The notes under the pieces: generated by a model | Databases searched by the model: none | Told to the model about the DNA's origin: nothing | The model's input: the letters and a program-made list of their open reading frames with translations, nothing else | Position numbers and translations under genes: made by a program | In this document: positions 26,301 through 39,737 of the stretch, one piece after another | Layout: the number at the start of each line of letters is the position of its first letter | Position numbering within the stretch: the first letter of the stretch is position 1 | Assembly: GCA_964016885.1 (NCBI GenBank) | Contig: OZ024743.1 | Coordinates: 61,132,001-61,196,000 of the forward strand | Reading direction: 5' to 3' | DNA from: Eledone cirrhosa | Lineage: Eukaryota | DNA length: 64,000 bases

Positions 26301-28870
26301 CCCACATTAACGTTGAATACTGCCACGCCGTCAAATCGATAAAGTACGTCTGCAAGTGTATCAATAAGGGGTCCGATGCTGCATTCTCTGGTCTTACAAT
26401 GGAGAACAACCGAGACGAAGTAATTCTATACCAGGTCGGCCGATACATCAGCAGCAATGAAGCATTCTGGCGATTCTTCCACTTTGCAATACACCATAAC
26501 TACCCGTCAATCAAACAGTTGGCGGTGCACCTTGAAAACGGTCAAAGAGTCCACTTCACCGCCTCCACCGCTGCTGAGATAGCAGAGGAACCCAAGGACA
26601 CCACACTTACGGAATTTTTTAAGTTATGCCGAAACGATTCCTTCGCCAAGACCATCTTCTACTCTCAGGTGCCATCATACTACACATGAAACATAGACAA
26701 CAGAATTTGGTTAAGAAGGGTGAAAGGACAACCCGTCGGGGGACATCCAGACATTAAAATGTCCCCTACCCTTGGGAGAATGTACACCATTCATCCTAAC
26801 CAACAGGAATGCTTTTATCTCCGCCTTCTAATGCATGACGTGGTAGGACCGACATCTTTCGACGATCTGAAAACAATCAACGGAGAGCTTTGTACTTCAT
26901 TCCGCGCAGCCTGCCTTAGACGGGGTCTACTGGGAGATGGTGCTCAGTGGGATGCGACATTGGCGGAGGAAGCTACAATACGCTCAACGCGAACTCTTCA
27001 GCAACTCTTTGCGGTGCTACTGCAGACATGCGAGTTAAGCGACCCTGCATCCTATGGGACAAATACAAAGAAGACCTTTCCGATGACTACATACACCAAG
27101 GACAACTACTCGCTCATTCCGACGTACGATTCAGCGACGAATTCTTCAACAGAGCTCTCATTGACATCGAGGACAAAATCCTAACTGTCGGCGGAAATGA
27201 CCTTCCATTCTATGGACTGCCAAAAGTTCAGCGAACGGGCTCCGACAAACTTCCGACGGGCATAATTCAGGAAACTGCCTACGACGTCCACGCCCTCGAA
27301 CTGTTCATCAACGAATACGAGCCGAAATTGTTGCAGGACCAACGGCAGGCGTATGACACAGTTTGCACTTCCATTCGTCAACGCAGAGGAGGTATCTTCT
27401 TTTTGGACGCCCCAGGAGGAACTGGTAAAACATTCGTCAATAAACTCCTCCTCGCCAAGGTGCGACAGCAGAAAGGAATCGTCCTGGCTGTGGCTTCTTC
27501 TGGGATTGCCGCAACTCTGCTGCCCGGAGGTAGGACAGCTCATTCCGCATTTAAACTGCCATTCAACACGACTTCAGACGACAATAACCTGCAACATCAC
27601 CAAGGACTCTGACAAAGCTGAAATCTTGAAAAGATGTCACCTAATTGTGTGGGGCGCATGCACAATGGCCCATAAAGGGTCCCTTGAAGCGTTAGACAGG
27701 ACCCTACGAGACATTAGGGAATGCAACCGGCCGGTAGGAGGAGTACCTCTACTGCTGTCTGGCGATTTTCGACAAACTCTTCCAGTTGTTCCAAAAGCTA
27801 CCAGGGCCGACACTGTGGGGGCTTGCATTAAGTCATCTCCCCTGTGGCAGGAAGTGACAATCCTGACCCTCACAACAAACATGAGAGCCCAACTGCTCGG
27901 CGACCACTCAGCAGCCGACTTCTCAAAGGACCTCTTAACAGTTGGTGACGGCACTGCACCTTCAGATGCAGCTGGAGAAAAGGCAGTCTCGCAAGTAGGC
28001 ACCGTTGTCGACACTGTTGACGACCTCACAGCCTCGGTCTTTCCCGATATGGCGACCAACTACAAAAACACGAGTTGGCTATGCGATAGAGCCATATTGG
28101 CTCCCAAAAATGTCTCAGTTGCAAAAATCAATGAGGACCTTCTGCAACGCATTCCTGGAAACCTCCGTACCTACAAATCTGTGGACAAAGTGGTGGACAA
28201 AGATGAGGTTGACGATTTTCCAACAGAATTCCTCAATTCCTTGGACCTCTCTGGACTTCCACCTCATGAACTGCGCGTCAAAGTTGGGACTCCAGTCATG
28301 CTGTTGAGGAACCTGGAACCACCACATCTGTGCAACGAACACGGTTAGTGGTAAGAAACCTCCTGCCGCATGTAATTGAAGCCATAATTCTCACGGGCTG
28401 CGGCGCTGGAGAAAACGTCTTCATACCCAGAATACCATTAACTCCATCAGGTACGGAATGCCCCTGTACTCTGTGCCGACTTCAATTCCCCGTTAAACTT
28501 TGCTTCGCGATGTCAATCAACAAGTCCCAAGGCCAAACGCTATCAACGGCAGGCCTCCATTTAGCCCAGCCGTGCTTCTCACACGGCCAATTATACGTCG
28601 CAGGCTCAAGAGTGGGATGCAAGCAGAACTTATTCATACTTGCGCCCAAAGGCAGAACAAAAAATGTGGTCTACAGAGAGGTGTTGTGACTCCTCTATTC
28701 AGCACCACTGCAGTCTTGCCGGTCTGACATATAGTGATTAGATGCTATTGCTGTATATTTTCAAACTTACCCGTATTTACTTTCAATGCCTCAATATTTA
28801 TAATTGAGTGGAATCATTAAAAGTACTTTAAAGCAATTAAACTCAGAGCAACGCCGGGTACTTCTGCTAG
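23369..28870 (+). mobile_element. Near full-length Helitron (5' boundary uncertain)
   Basis: 3' end CTCAGAGCAACGCCGGG-TACTTCTG-CTAG|T at 28870, homologous to the 16264 terminus; contains the RepHel pseudogene. Confidence 0.85.
24097..28689 (+). pseudogene. Helitron RepHel (HUH Rep + PIF1-like SF1 helicase), multiple frameshifts and stops
   Basis: MPTFKVQGQIY; YDAFQYPLLFPFGDDGY; FIGSPRYM; PDRFITSTFNPKW; VEWQKRDLPHVHLLIW (HUH); MVHGPCG; KSIKYVCKCINKGSD; FFLDAPGGTGKTF (Walker A); GDFRQTLPV; FAMSINKSQGQTL; HGQLYVAGSRV. Confidence 0.95.
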
Positions 28871-28900
28871 TATATATATACATGTGTGTGTGTGTGTGTG

Positions 28901-28955
<55 letters not shown>

Positions 28956-29054
28956 GTAGTTCAAACATCCGGTAATACGAAGGCTGGTTAATCCGTGGTG
29001 ATCCGTGCTCCGTGAAATTATTCAGGTTCGATTGACACACACACGCACACACAT

Positions 29055-29110
<56 letters not shown>

Positions 29111-29402
29111 ATGTGTGTGTGTACATATGTGTGTATATATATATGTGTGTGTATATATGTATGTGTATTGTGCATGGTATGGAGAAAGAGAGAGAGAGTG
29201 AGAAAGAGAATGAGATTGATAGGTAGACAGACAGACATGCCCAGACATATATTTTACTTGTACCTGCTACCTTATTTAAACAGAATCCATGTGTACATGT
29301 CACCACATCATGACAGCTCGACACCAGTTAATATCAATGACATAACGAGACTAATTGAAAACATTAACATATCAGCTGTAGACAAACCTCTATCAACTAT
29401 AC

Positions 29403-29522
29403 GAGGTGATGGTCGCAGATGTTTGGGGCGCCATAGTATGTTTGTTGACTATCTTCAAAATAGCCACACCATCAATGGAGAGTACTATGCCAACTTACTG
29501 AGGCAGTTACGAAAGCCTATCT
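29403..29522 (+). mobile_element. Mariner transposase fragment
   Basis: FVDYLQNSHTINGEYYANLLRQLRK matches the mariner DD34D-domain segment. Confidence 0.75.
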
Positions 29523-30539
29523 ATGAAACATTCAGCCGAGCCTCGTATATATATTCTCCATGTCGGGAAAGAAACTCTTGGTAAGGTACATTTCTCTGTT
29601 GAGAACACTAGGTCCTTTTTGAGGAAACGTTTAACAACTGGATATCCATCCTGGTACCAACTCTTTTAATCCCCTCATATGACACAAAGAAATACAGAAT
29701 AATTGTTTTAAACTGGATACACGGAAATGAAACTGTATCGGTGTATGAATAGTTTATCGCTCAGAGAGAAGAAAACAAACAATATATTGCAGATGATGAT
29801 AGGAATAGAGTCACTAGTGAATGTTGTGAAGAGAAATGGAATGTAACGGCTGGGCCATATGTTGAGGAAGGATTAAAGTTATTCGCTGAGAGAATTGATG
29901 GAAATGAGAAGATGCAGGTTATAGAGCAAAATGAAACAAACCTTTAGCAAAGAAAAGGTGTTTAAAACACCTTTAGATATTGTTGGTGGTACTGCAAATA
30001 GTAGCACCATCTGATATATTTGATAGACATTTTCCTATAAAGTAGGATTCGACGACCACTTCAGGTAAAGTAGGATTCAACGACCACTTAGAAGGTCTTC
30101 TGAGTATTTTATTTATAGCTGGCCCAGTCCTACCATGTCACCAATATTTGGTGAATAGATAGACGACTTGAACTAATAAAGCACTGTTTGGACTGGATAT
30201 GAGCCACATTTTAGGTTTGACGTCAAAGTTGTAAGGACTAACCCTACTCTATTCGTTGAGTAAATTTATTTTTAAATGCTGTTTTAATAAGAATCCAAAC
30301 CACAACTCCGAAACGATATATATTAAGCTTAACTTATATTCAACAGTGTTTGGCACAGTTGGATAGGCATGAATGCTATGGATTCACATATTTCTTTCTT
30401 TATATATGAGATGCAAAATAATAGAGCAGTGCATCATTTATTTTTCATAAAATATAAAATATTTATAAACTATATATTATTAAATAATAGAGCAATTGTA
30501 TTATTCTTCGATGAGGTCATATTTATTATAAAACTGATG

Positions 30540-30790
30540 TCCTTGACCTTCATCATGTCATTGTCCATGACCTTCACGATGTCATTGTCTTTGACTTACC
30601 TACTTTCATAGTCCTTAACCTTCATGCTGCCATTTTACTTGACATTCATTATGCCGTTGTCTCATACTGTCATTGCTTTTCAACATTTTATATAATTATT
30701 TCCATTATTTCCAATGACCACAATAATGGCATTATACTCTCGATGTCCTTGGACGTAATACTGCCATTGTCTTTCACCTTCATACAAATA
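30540..30790. repeat. Degenerate ~21-bp tandem repeat (GTCCTTGACCTTCATCATGTCATT-like)
   Basis: TGACCTTCA...TG(T/C)CATTGTC recurs about every 21 bp. Confidence 0.65.
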
Positions 30791-31126
30791 TTGCCACACA
30801 TATTTAGCACACCGTTCTCGCGAGTAAAACAATTTTAAATTACCAGTTTATTAAACTGTCGAAACTTGTTTTTAACACTTCTTGCTCTAAACATTCTAAG
30901 AAAACAAATATTGCCTGCATCTGCCACTACATTGCCACAATGGCCACAGTAAATCCTGTAACACCTCATAAAACAATACGTTTTTCACAGCGTTGGGTAT
31001 TTCCCCAATGTTCCTACCGGGCGGAAATATTTAGTGATTTATTTATTGATCGCAGGAAATTATATATTTTATTTGATTACGTAAATTTGTACAAAAGCAT
31101 GTATAAAGTATAATATATATATATAT

Positions 31127-31322
31127 AACGAAGGAATTGTGGTAAGGAACCAGATGGACCATAACGCGCCAGAGTACTCAATACTTAGGGTAGTAGAGTG
31201 GGTAATAGGAAAAAGTATGACCCCGACGGCAGAGCTCAAGCCGTTTCGACGGCTATTTCTAGACTCAGAAATAGGCGTCGAAACGGCTTGAGCTCTGCCG
31301 TCGGGGTCATACTTTTTCCTAT
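31127..31322. mobile_element. (TA)n-flanked short element ending in a ~55-bp-arm palindrome (31205-31322) holding the 3' half of a hammerhead on both strands
   Basis: GAAA-CGGC/TTGAGCTCT/GCCG-TC on both strands; left end matches 12392-12444. Confidence 0.7.
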
Positions 31323-31389
31323 ATATATATATATATATATATAACCTGATTTAACCCGGAATAAACTTATATATATATATATATATAAC

Positions 31390-31578
31390 ATGGAAATGGC
31401 TTCTACAGGACTAGAACTGTTTCATTCAGGAGAAATCATCAGGGCTTCCTGATGATTTCTCCCGAATGAAACAGTTCTAGTCCTGTAGAATCCATTTCTA
31501 TATTAAATATTTATACCATGCTAAGTATTGAGTACCTTACTTACTGTGGTTACCGCCGATTGAACCCGGGATACACTT
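31390..31578 (+). mobile_element. Family A HHR element with head-to-head inversion: HHR at 31443-31493 (+) and 5'-clipped HHR at ~31401-31442 (-)
   Basis: ...CTGTTTCATTCAGGAGAAATCATCAG-GGCTTC-CTGATGATTTCTCCCGAATGAAACAGTTCTAGTCCTGTAGAA...; 3' end TTGAGTACCTTACTTACTGTGGTTACC..GATT.AACCCGG then (TA)n. Confidence 0.85.
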
Positions 31579-31585
31579 ATATATA

Positions 31586-32014
31586 TATAAACGTTTGAAT
31601 ATGTGTAATAAGGCCAAGACAATGCAGGTATGGACATAGAAAAAAGAATGCAATAGTGAAAGATATTGATGTGAATTCGTCTTTCACCTTGAATTTATTT
31701 AAATGTCCTTAATTTTCGAGATAATATCTCTTCTTCGGAGGGAAGTAAAGGTCACAAACCAGCGTCTTTAAATCTCTTTGGCTAGAGATTTAAAGACGCT
31801 GGTTTGAGACCTTTACTTCCCTCCAAAGAAGAGATATTATCTCGAAAATTAAGGACATTTAAATAAATTCAAGGTGAAAGACGAATTCACATCAATATCT
31901 TTCACTATTGCATTCTTTTTTCTATGTCCATACCTGCATTGTTTTGGCCTTATTACACATATTCAAACGTTTATACCTCATTACACAATGCTTCAAGTGA
32001 ACTATAACCTCCTC

Positions 32015-32017
<3 letters not shown>
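31586..32017. repeat. (TA)n-flanked element with a ~190-bp-arm palindrome (31586-31975) and a degenerate HHR-like motif in each arm
   Basis: Arms mirror around loop TTGGCT (31778-31783); motif CCT-CC(G/A)AAGA-A-GAGAT/ATT/ATCTC-GAAA-AT-TA-AGG at 31707-31742 (-) and 31819-31854 (+). Confidence 0.85.
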
Positions 32018-32048
<31 letters not shown>

Positions 32049-32268
32049 CACACACATATTTCCATATATAGCAAACATGTCAACAACTCAAGGGCTCTCT
32101 CTTTCTCTCTCTCTAAATATTTATATATATAGGAACTGTTTCTTTGTTTATTCATTATTTTATTAATTTATATATATATATATATATTTATACAAATATC
32201 ATACATAGACAACGCACACACACAGATATATTCATATATATGTATACATATATACATATAAGTGTGTG

Positions 32269-32331
<63 letters not shown>

Positions 32332-32857
32332 GTTTAGTGCCGCAACTACACTTGACAAGAGATATTTTTAAGTGAAAATATATGCTTAATAATTAAAACA
32401 CGTAGAACAGGTCAAGTATATTTACACATGCAGTGTGGGAGAATACTTCAATTATATTACATTTGAAAAGCGGTGAAATGGCAGAGTCACCAGAACGTCG
32501 GATTGAATGTATTGCGATATTCTCTCCAACTCTCTGCCCGAGATCAACTTTGTCTTTCATCCTTTTCAGGTCCATAAAATAATACCAATCTAGTACTGGA
32601 CTGATTCACCCCTCTCTCTCTCTCTCTCTCTCTCTCTTACACACACACACCTTCTCTCTCCTTCTTTCTCCACCACTCTCTCACTCTCACTCGCTTTCTC
32701 CTCCCTCCCCCTCACTCTGAGTTTGTATATGTTGTTCACGAATTGGTGACAGTTACGGAAAATACAAATACTGATTGATCAGTGAGCGTCGTAAGCATAA
32801 ATAAATAACACATACAAATAAAAACCACATACTAATGCATACATACATACATACATA

Positions 32858-33193
32858 CATGGTGGCTGCCAACTCGTTTTCGAGTACGGCCACTACTTTA
32901 TATCCATGTAGGAGAACCCCTACCGATGCCCTGAACGAGTGTGACTTTTTAGTCCAACCAGCGACTTGAAAACTCTGGTACAAACACTACACTTGTGACA
33001 ATTGTTGACACATAGTGCTGAGCCCATGGTACCATGTGACGACAAGTTCAGAGAGATCTCCAGATATAAAGCAATGCCTGTGCCATGAAGCTTTTATAGT
33101 GAGCAAAGGCACTGCACAAAGCCAGTCCCACTCTCTTAACCAAGAGATGACCCCTTAGCCTTTGTCAAGGCAGAATTCTAGGAGAAGGAAAAC
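32858..33193 (-). mobile_element. Second copy of the bipartite RTE derivative, with a 5' inversion
   Basis: 32858-33143 is nearly identical to 20535-20818; 33144-33192 is the reverse complement of 20889-20938; (TACA)n on both sides. Confidence 0.85.
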
Positions 33194-33238
33194 ATACATA
33201 CATACATACATACATACATACATACATACATACATACA

Positions 33239-33267
<29 letters not shown>

Positions 33268-33269
<2 letters not shown>

Positions 33270-34225
33270 GCAACGTCCAGTTCGACGACATCGGATGGCA
33301 ACAGGCCACTTTGCCTGTTAGATTCGATGGCCTGGGTCTCTCGTCACATTTTTTTAGCCATCATCTCTGCCGCGCCCTTATCGACAAGTTTCTCCACAAT
33401 ACTTCAGATGCTACTGCAATCAGGGAACTTGAGGTGGCCTACGTGACCTGGAATGTGTTCCGTCTCCACTCCGCCGATGTCCAATCCCACCTCCATTCTG
33501 TAGATGTCCAATTCCCCGCACCTCAATATAACTGAGACCTCAGTGCAACAAGGCTTTGGACAGCCTTGGGTGCCTGCTTGAACAGCCCGGTCAGGCATGT
33601 TGCTGCTCTGCCACACAACACGATAGCAGTCTGCGTATCGGTGTTTCCCTGAAGCCTGGCCACCGGATCTGCAAGCAACACAAATGCCGCAGTTAATCTG
33701 CAGTGAACGCTTTCGGCCTTCAGCTACTGTCTTGCCGTCAGAGTGCTGATCGCCTCGAACGTCATGCCACCATAAACGGTGTCATTGAGTATTGCTTGGC
33801 TGGCGTAGGCTTCCATTCGCAGCTCGAGCTGGATGGTTGGACCGAGGGGCGCCAAAATGTCAGAAGGTGTCACAATGTTCCCGATCTGTGATGCTAAGCC
33901 TCTCCTCAACATGTAACAACACGTTCTCGTTCTCTAGCGGTAACTTGGTGCATTGTGTGATAGACCAAAATTTCGTTTCCCGACATCTGAAGATTGGAAG
34001 TTTTTGAGGCGTCTGCCAATTTCCAATAGTTTTGTAGCGGTAGCGACCTCCGGCATTCTTGGTCCCCGTACTCACTCCCTAGTCACTAATATTGAGGTGT
34101 AGAAGTCCACGTATAGGAATGAGCACCGCGAGTTGGAATAGTTATTTCATAGCAACTCCCCCGCTATCCTCCGGAGTAACGTTCTCTCCATCGCCGATGT
34201 GATAATTATGCGGCTTGTGCTTAAG
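33268..34225 (+). mobile_element. Degenerate CRE-clade LINE 3' fragment
   Basis: NVQFDDIGWQQATLPVRFDGLGL; RHATINGVI; homologous to 12445-13390. Confidence 0.8.
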
Positions 34226-34413
34226 ATTCTGCTCGCGAGAGAGCGTTCTCCAGCACTGTTTGAGCTCGTATCATTGAAGTAACAATGACATACATAGACG
34301 CACATCCACGATACGATAACTCAAGTGTGTAAATTGTACATTTCATCAATCTCAATGTTAAACAAGATCTACTGACCGAATTAAAATGTTTCAACACAAT
34401 AAAATATATGAGA

Positions 34414-34502
<89 letters not shown>

Positions 34503-34729
34503 TGCGTGCGTGCGTGCGTGCGTGCGTGTGTGTGTGTGTGCGCGTGTGCGTGCGTCCGTTGCGTGCGTGTGTGTGTTGGCAAGCAATTCACATACATAAC
34601 TTCGTTACAATTCTGTGAAGAAACTGAACATTACTTACTCCGAAGGAAAATAACACGTTATGCACTATTTAACATTTAACAATGAAAATTTAACAATGAA
34701 AATAGATATATTTTCTTACAGAAACAAAA

Positions 34730-35355
34730 GTCACGGTTAGGAATTCGGGTGGAGAGGAACAATTGATTATATTTATTTTATCCACCTCGGAAGGATAAAA
34801 CGCAAAGGTGACTGCGGCGAGATTTGAATTAAGAAAGTAAATACCAAGTATAAATACCAGAAGGTATTTAGTCCGATAATAATTGTTTCTACTTTTGGCA
34901 CAAGGCCAGCAATTACCCAGTACATTGCTGGTACTTTATTTTATCGACCCCGTAAGGATAATAATGATTTCTAATTTAGACACAACTCTTACAATTTGTG
35001 TGAGAGAGAAGTTAGTTATATCGACTCAGAATTTGACTGGTATTTTATTTTATTTACTTAGAATATAAAGTGCCACGATATATATTGGTCGACGTTCTAA
35101 CGATTCTGCCAATCCACCGCCCTTTTCTGTCCAGTAATGATGGTTTCTGATTTAGACACAAGAACAACAGTTTTGGGGAAGGGGAACGACGATTAAATCA
35201 ACCTCAGTGCAGTACTGGTACTTTATTATATCGACTCCGTCAGGATGAAATGCAAAGTTAGCCTCAGCAAATTTAAACTCAGAATGTAAACGGCCATAAC
35301 TCAATACCACTAGATATCTTGCTCGACGCTCTAGTGATTCTGCTAATCTACCATC
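34730..35355 (-). mobile_element. Cluster of degenerate Nin-type SINE copies
   Basis: Repeated CTGGTACTTTATT.TATCGAC.CCGT.AGGAT and GATTCTGC.AATC.ACC blocks. Confidence 0.7.
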
Positions 35356-35662
35356 CTTTTTTGTCCGATAATGATAATCACTAATTAACCCGATTCAATT
35401 TAGAACAATAGCCATGTATTAAAGATCAATGTGACAATTTAAATTCTTTATTTATAAGTTGTATACAATATATATATAATTACAAAATATGAGGAAATAA
35501 TAGACAAAAATATACTTCCAACTGCAGTTTTGCTGTGTGCAGCTCTCTGCATTATAGAAATGCTTCATCGTTGTGTGGTTAATACTGTTTATCAAGAGAC
35601 CCTCAGGAGAAAGGACTGTTTCCTTGACGCGTTTGTAGCAATTGAGAAAATATATCTATCTA

Positions 35663-35726
<64 letters not shown>

Positions 35727-37138
35727 TTAAAACAAAAACAATAACAAAGAGAGCAGTACAAAGTGTTAGTATTAGGTTCACGCTTAAAAGTGTGTGTGTG
35801 TGTGTGTGAGAGGGGGACGGGGGTCAAAAGAAATTCTGGTGTTGCCACTTATAACACTATTCTTTCTCTTCCCCATACACCCCCCCCCCTCTCTCTCTCT
35901 CTTTCTCTCTGTGTTTGTATGTACGCAAGTCTATGCTTGTGTGTGCACCGGCGAGAGATAGGGGGAGAGGAGACGGAGAGAGTGAGAGAGAACTAAAATA
36001 AAGCACATTGATCTTTAATACTTGGTGGTCGTTTCTAATTAAACCATTGTATTTAAATGGGGTCAGTTAGTTTGAATGGAACACTGATTGGGCCGTAGAC
36101 CTAATATGTCTCTCGGTTAAACAAAATGGGGCCTTCAGCAGAGTCCTCTCAATTATTCAGACACGGTCTTCCGTGTCTTGATAACTTTCTCCCTCTCTTC
36201 CTTCCTCTCCACCATGTCTTGGAGACCCTGAACAATGTTCATGCTAATCTAATCATCCCTCTACTCTTCCTGCTCCTACTCCTTCCCTTAAAGAAAGAAA
36301 GAACAAGTCTTTATGGAAAGCAAGTGGTAAGTGTGTGAATGTGTGTGTGTATGTGGTTGTGTGTGTGTGCGAAATATTTTTTTTTTAAATATCAACTGTT
36401 GTATCATCTAGATCACAGGTTCTCAACCCATTTTGCCCCTGGAAGTTACGAAACGGCCCCCTAGTCTATTTTTCCATTTTTCTACTGATTTTGATAGAAA
36501 GATTACTGGGCCAAATCAAGTTATGTTATCTTTAAAAAATACTCGTACGAATTAAATACAAAAAAGTTTCAGTCCAAAACAAAAGAAAATTATTTCAAAT
36601 TATATATTATTGAAAAATAGGCGTGAATGTTCTCAAAGACTTGATCTCAAAAAAACTTTCTTTTTTTAATTCTATATTTCACTGTTAGCTGTTGCAATAT
36701 TTTGAGTGGATAGACTATTCTACAATTCAAACTGTAAAGTCAAAATACAAAAGATGCAAAATATGATGAATTTCTTACCTTTCTCTGGAAACAAACTCAA
36801 GGGAAAAATACTACCTTGTAAAATAAAGTGCCTCGATCATAAACTTAGTTGCAACGAATGAATTGAGATGCTTGGTGACAGTGGGCAAACAATATCTGTA
36901 TCCCTTATATATATATATACATAGATAGATACACACACACACGCGCGCGCGCGTGTGTGTGGGTGTGTTCTTTTTGGTACAGAAAGAATTTTGACTCCAG
37001 TTTAAGGCCACTGCTCTTTTCAACAACGTCAAATAACAACGCCATATATTTTTTTAAAGGATCGATCGACTTTCGTCAAATCGGACCGAGGAAACAATGT
37101 TTTCGTCAGTCTTTCCAGTTGCTAGTACTAGCTATCGG

Positions 37139-37271
37139 TCGCAACTCCAGGTAGAAGGAGCAACGTGAAACAAAGTGTCTAATTCAAGGACATAACGCAT
37201 CACCCGGTGATGCGTTATGTCCTTGAGCAAGACACTTTATTTCACGTTGCTCCTTCTACCTGGAGTTGCGA
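37139..37271. repeat. Fold-back palindrome built from a fragment of a second SINE family
   Basis: TCGCAACTCCAGGTAGAAGGAGCAACGTGAAA...GCATCAC-CCG-GTGATGC...TTTCACGTTGCTCCTTCTACCTGGAGTTGCGA; the right arm matches the SINE at 50044-50075. Confidence 0.9.
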
Positions 37272-37435
37272 ATTGTTTTATTCATTATTTTTTTAATACT
37301 TTATCTTGACTCTGTATTCCGTTTATCTTTCACCGAAAGTGATTTTTGAATGCATCGCTTCTTTCCATGATATCCGGATTACATTGAGTTCTTCATACGG
37401 ATTGGACACTACCGTAAACTCTTGGTAGATTCATC

Positions 37436-37466
<31 letters not shown>

Positions 37467-37470
<4 letters not shown>

Positions 37471-37920
37471 CATTAAAGCCCGGCGTTGCTCGGGGTCATT
37501 AAGTTACCAAAGTTAGGTTGCACCACCCATTTTATGGCACCACTTTTTTGTCTGCCAGGCACTGGGTGAATGAATTGCAGACCTGGAAGCAGGAGCTGCG
37601 CCAGCAGTGACAATTGTAGTTTCGCCTATGGATATTATCTCTGTGCAAAAAAGTGTTGAAATTTATTGTTTCACAGTACTTGCGCAACACGCGCGTAGAC
37701 GATGCCAGCCGAACAACAGAGCTGCGATGGAGTTGTTCTGCATGGTTGTCTGTGTGTTTTCTAAATTTAAGACAGTAGGGAGTGGTGTGATATGGGGGAG
37801 AGTTAGCTGCTGTTTCTAGCAGGTTTAGTGACCTCATAGAAGATATGTTTTCTAAATTTAAGACAGTAGGGAGGGGTTTTTCATTTACACAGAAAATGTG
37901 AGTTTTATCGAGTAACCAAT
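37467..37920 (-). mobile_element. Non-autonomous Helitron (3' end also at 43639-43733)
   Basis: Minus-strand CCCGAGCAACGCCGGG hairpin followed by CTTTAATG-CTAT/CTAG; about 90 bp shared with 43639-43733. Confidence 0.7.
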
Positions 37921-37938
37921 GTAGTTATTTCATCAAAA

Positions 37939-39435
37939 CACCACCACCACTACTACCCCACCGCCACCACCACTACCACCGTCACCACCACCACCACTAA
38001 TACCACCACCATCAACACCACCACCACTACTACCACCACCATCAGCACCGCCACCACTACAACCACTACCATCACCACCACCACCACTACTACCACCACC
38101 GCCGCCACCACCGCCACCACCACCACGACCACCACAACCACCACCAACAACAACAACACAAACACCACCACTACTACCACGACCACCACCACTACTACAA
38201 CCACCAGCCCCAACACCACCACTACTACCAGTACCACCACCACCAGCACCAACACAACCACTACTACCACCACCAACACTACCAGCACCAACACCACCAC
38301 TACTACCACCACCGCCACCACCACCAGCACCAACACCACCACTACTACCACCACCGCCACCACCAGCACCAACACCACTACTACTACTACCACCACCACC
38401 ACCACCAGCACCAACACCACCACTACTACCACCACCGCCACCACCAGCACCAACACCACCACTACTACCACCAGCACCAACACCACCACTACTACCACCC
38501 CCACCACCACCACCACTACTACAACCACCAACACCACCAGCACCAACACCACCACTACTACCACCACCAACACCACCACTACTACAACCACCAACACCAC
38601 CACTACTAGCACCACCAACACCACCAGCACCAACACCACCACTACTACCACCACCGCCACCACCAGCACCAACACCACCACTACTACTACCACCACCACC
38701 ACCACCAGCACCAACACCACCACTACTACCACCACCGCCACCACCAGCACCAACACCACCACTACTACCACCAGCACCAACACCACCACCACCACCACCA
38801 CCACTACTACAACCACCAACACCACCAGCACCAACACCACCACTACTACCACCACCAACACCACCACTACTACAACCACCAACACCACCAGCACAACACC
38901 ACCACTACTAGCACCACCAACACCACCAGCACCAACACCACCACTACTACCACCACCGCCACCACCAGCACCAACACCACCACTACTACCACCACCACCA
39001 CCACCACTACTACCACCACCGCCACCACCAGCACCAACACCACCACTACTACCACCAGCACCAACACCACCACTACTACAACCACCAACACCACCACTAC
39101 TACCACCACCGCCACCAACATCAGCACCAACACCACCACTACTACAACCACCAACACCACCAGCACCAATACCACCACTACTACCACCACCGCCACAACC
39201 AGCACCAACACCACCAGCACCAACACCACCACTACTACCACCACCACCACCACCAGCAACACCACCACTACTATCACCACCACCACCACCAGCACCAACA
39301 CCACCACCACTACCACCACCGCCACCACCAGCACCAACACCATCACTACTACCACCACCGCCACCAGCACTACCCCCCCCCCCCCGCCACCACCACCACC
39401 ACCACCACAACCACTCTCACTCCTACTACTACCCA
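37939..39435. repeat. 1.5-kb compound (CAC/CAG/CAA/TAC)n trinucleotide tract
   Basis: Directly visible; internal higher-order duplications; poly-V/G ORFs are artefacts. Confidence 0.95.
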
Positions 39436-39693
39436 TTGTATGATTGATTATGAGTATGATGAAATATCTACGCTGGTTGCTCGACTACACTAGTCACATA
39501 TTCTGTTTAAACGAAAGAGAAAGTGGAAAGTAGATGAATCATTGCATTCTAACAACCAATTATAAATAGGACTGATGAATTGTGTACATGCGTGGACCCT
39601 TATCTCCTGATGGAATCTTAAATTACCTGAGTTTGGGGCATTTTTATCTGACGGTGCCCATCCCACTCCAGGTGTAAACACAGCTAGTTTCTT

Positions 39694-39737
<44 letters not shown>

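Noticed and set aside
37953-39436. 485-aa Gly/Val-rich ORF or a Thr-rich mucin-like frame
   Set aside because: Pure trinucleotide low-complexity tract with frame slips and no flanking coding context; same for 60882-61620
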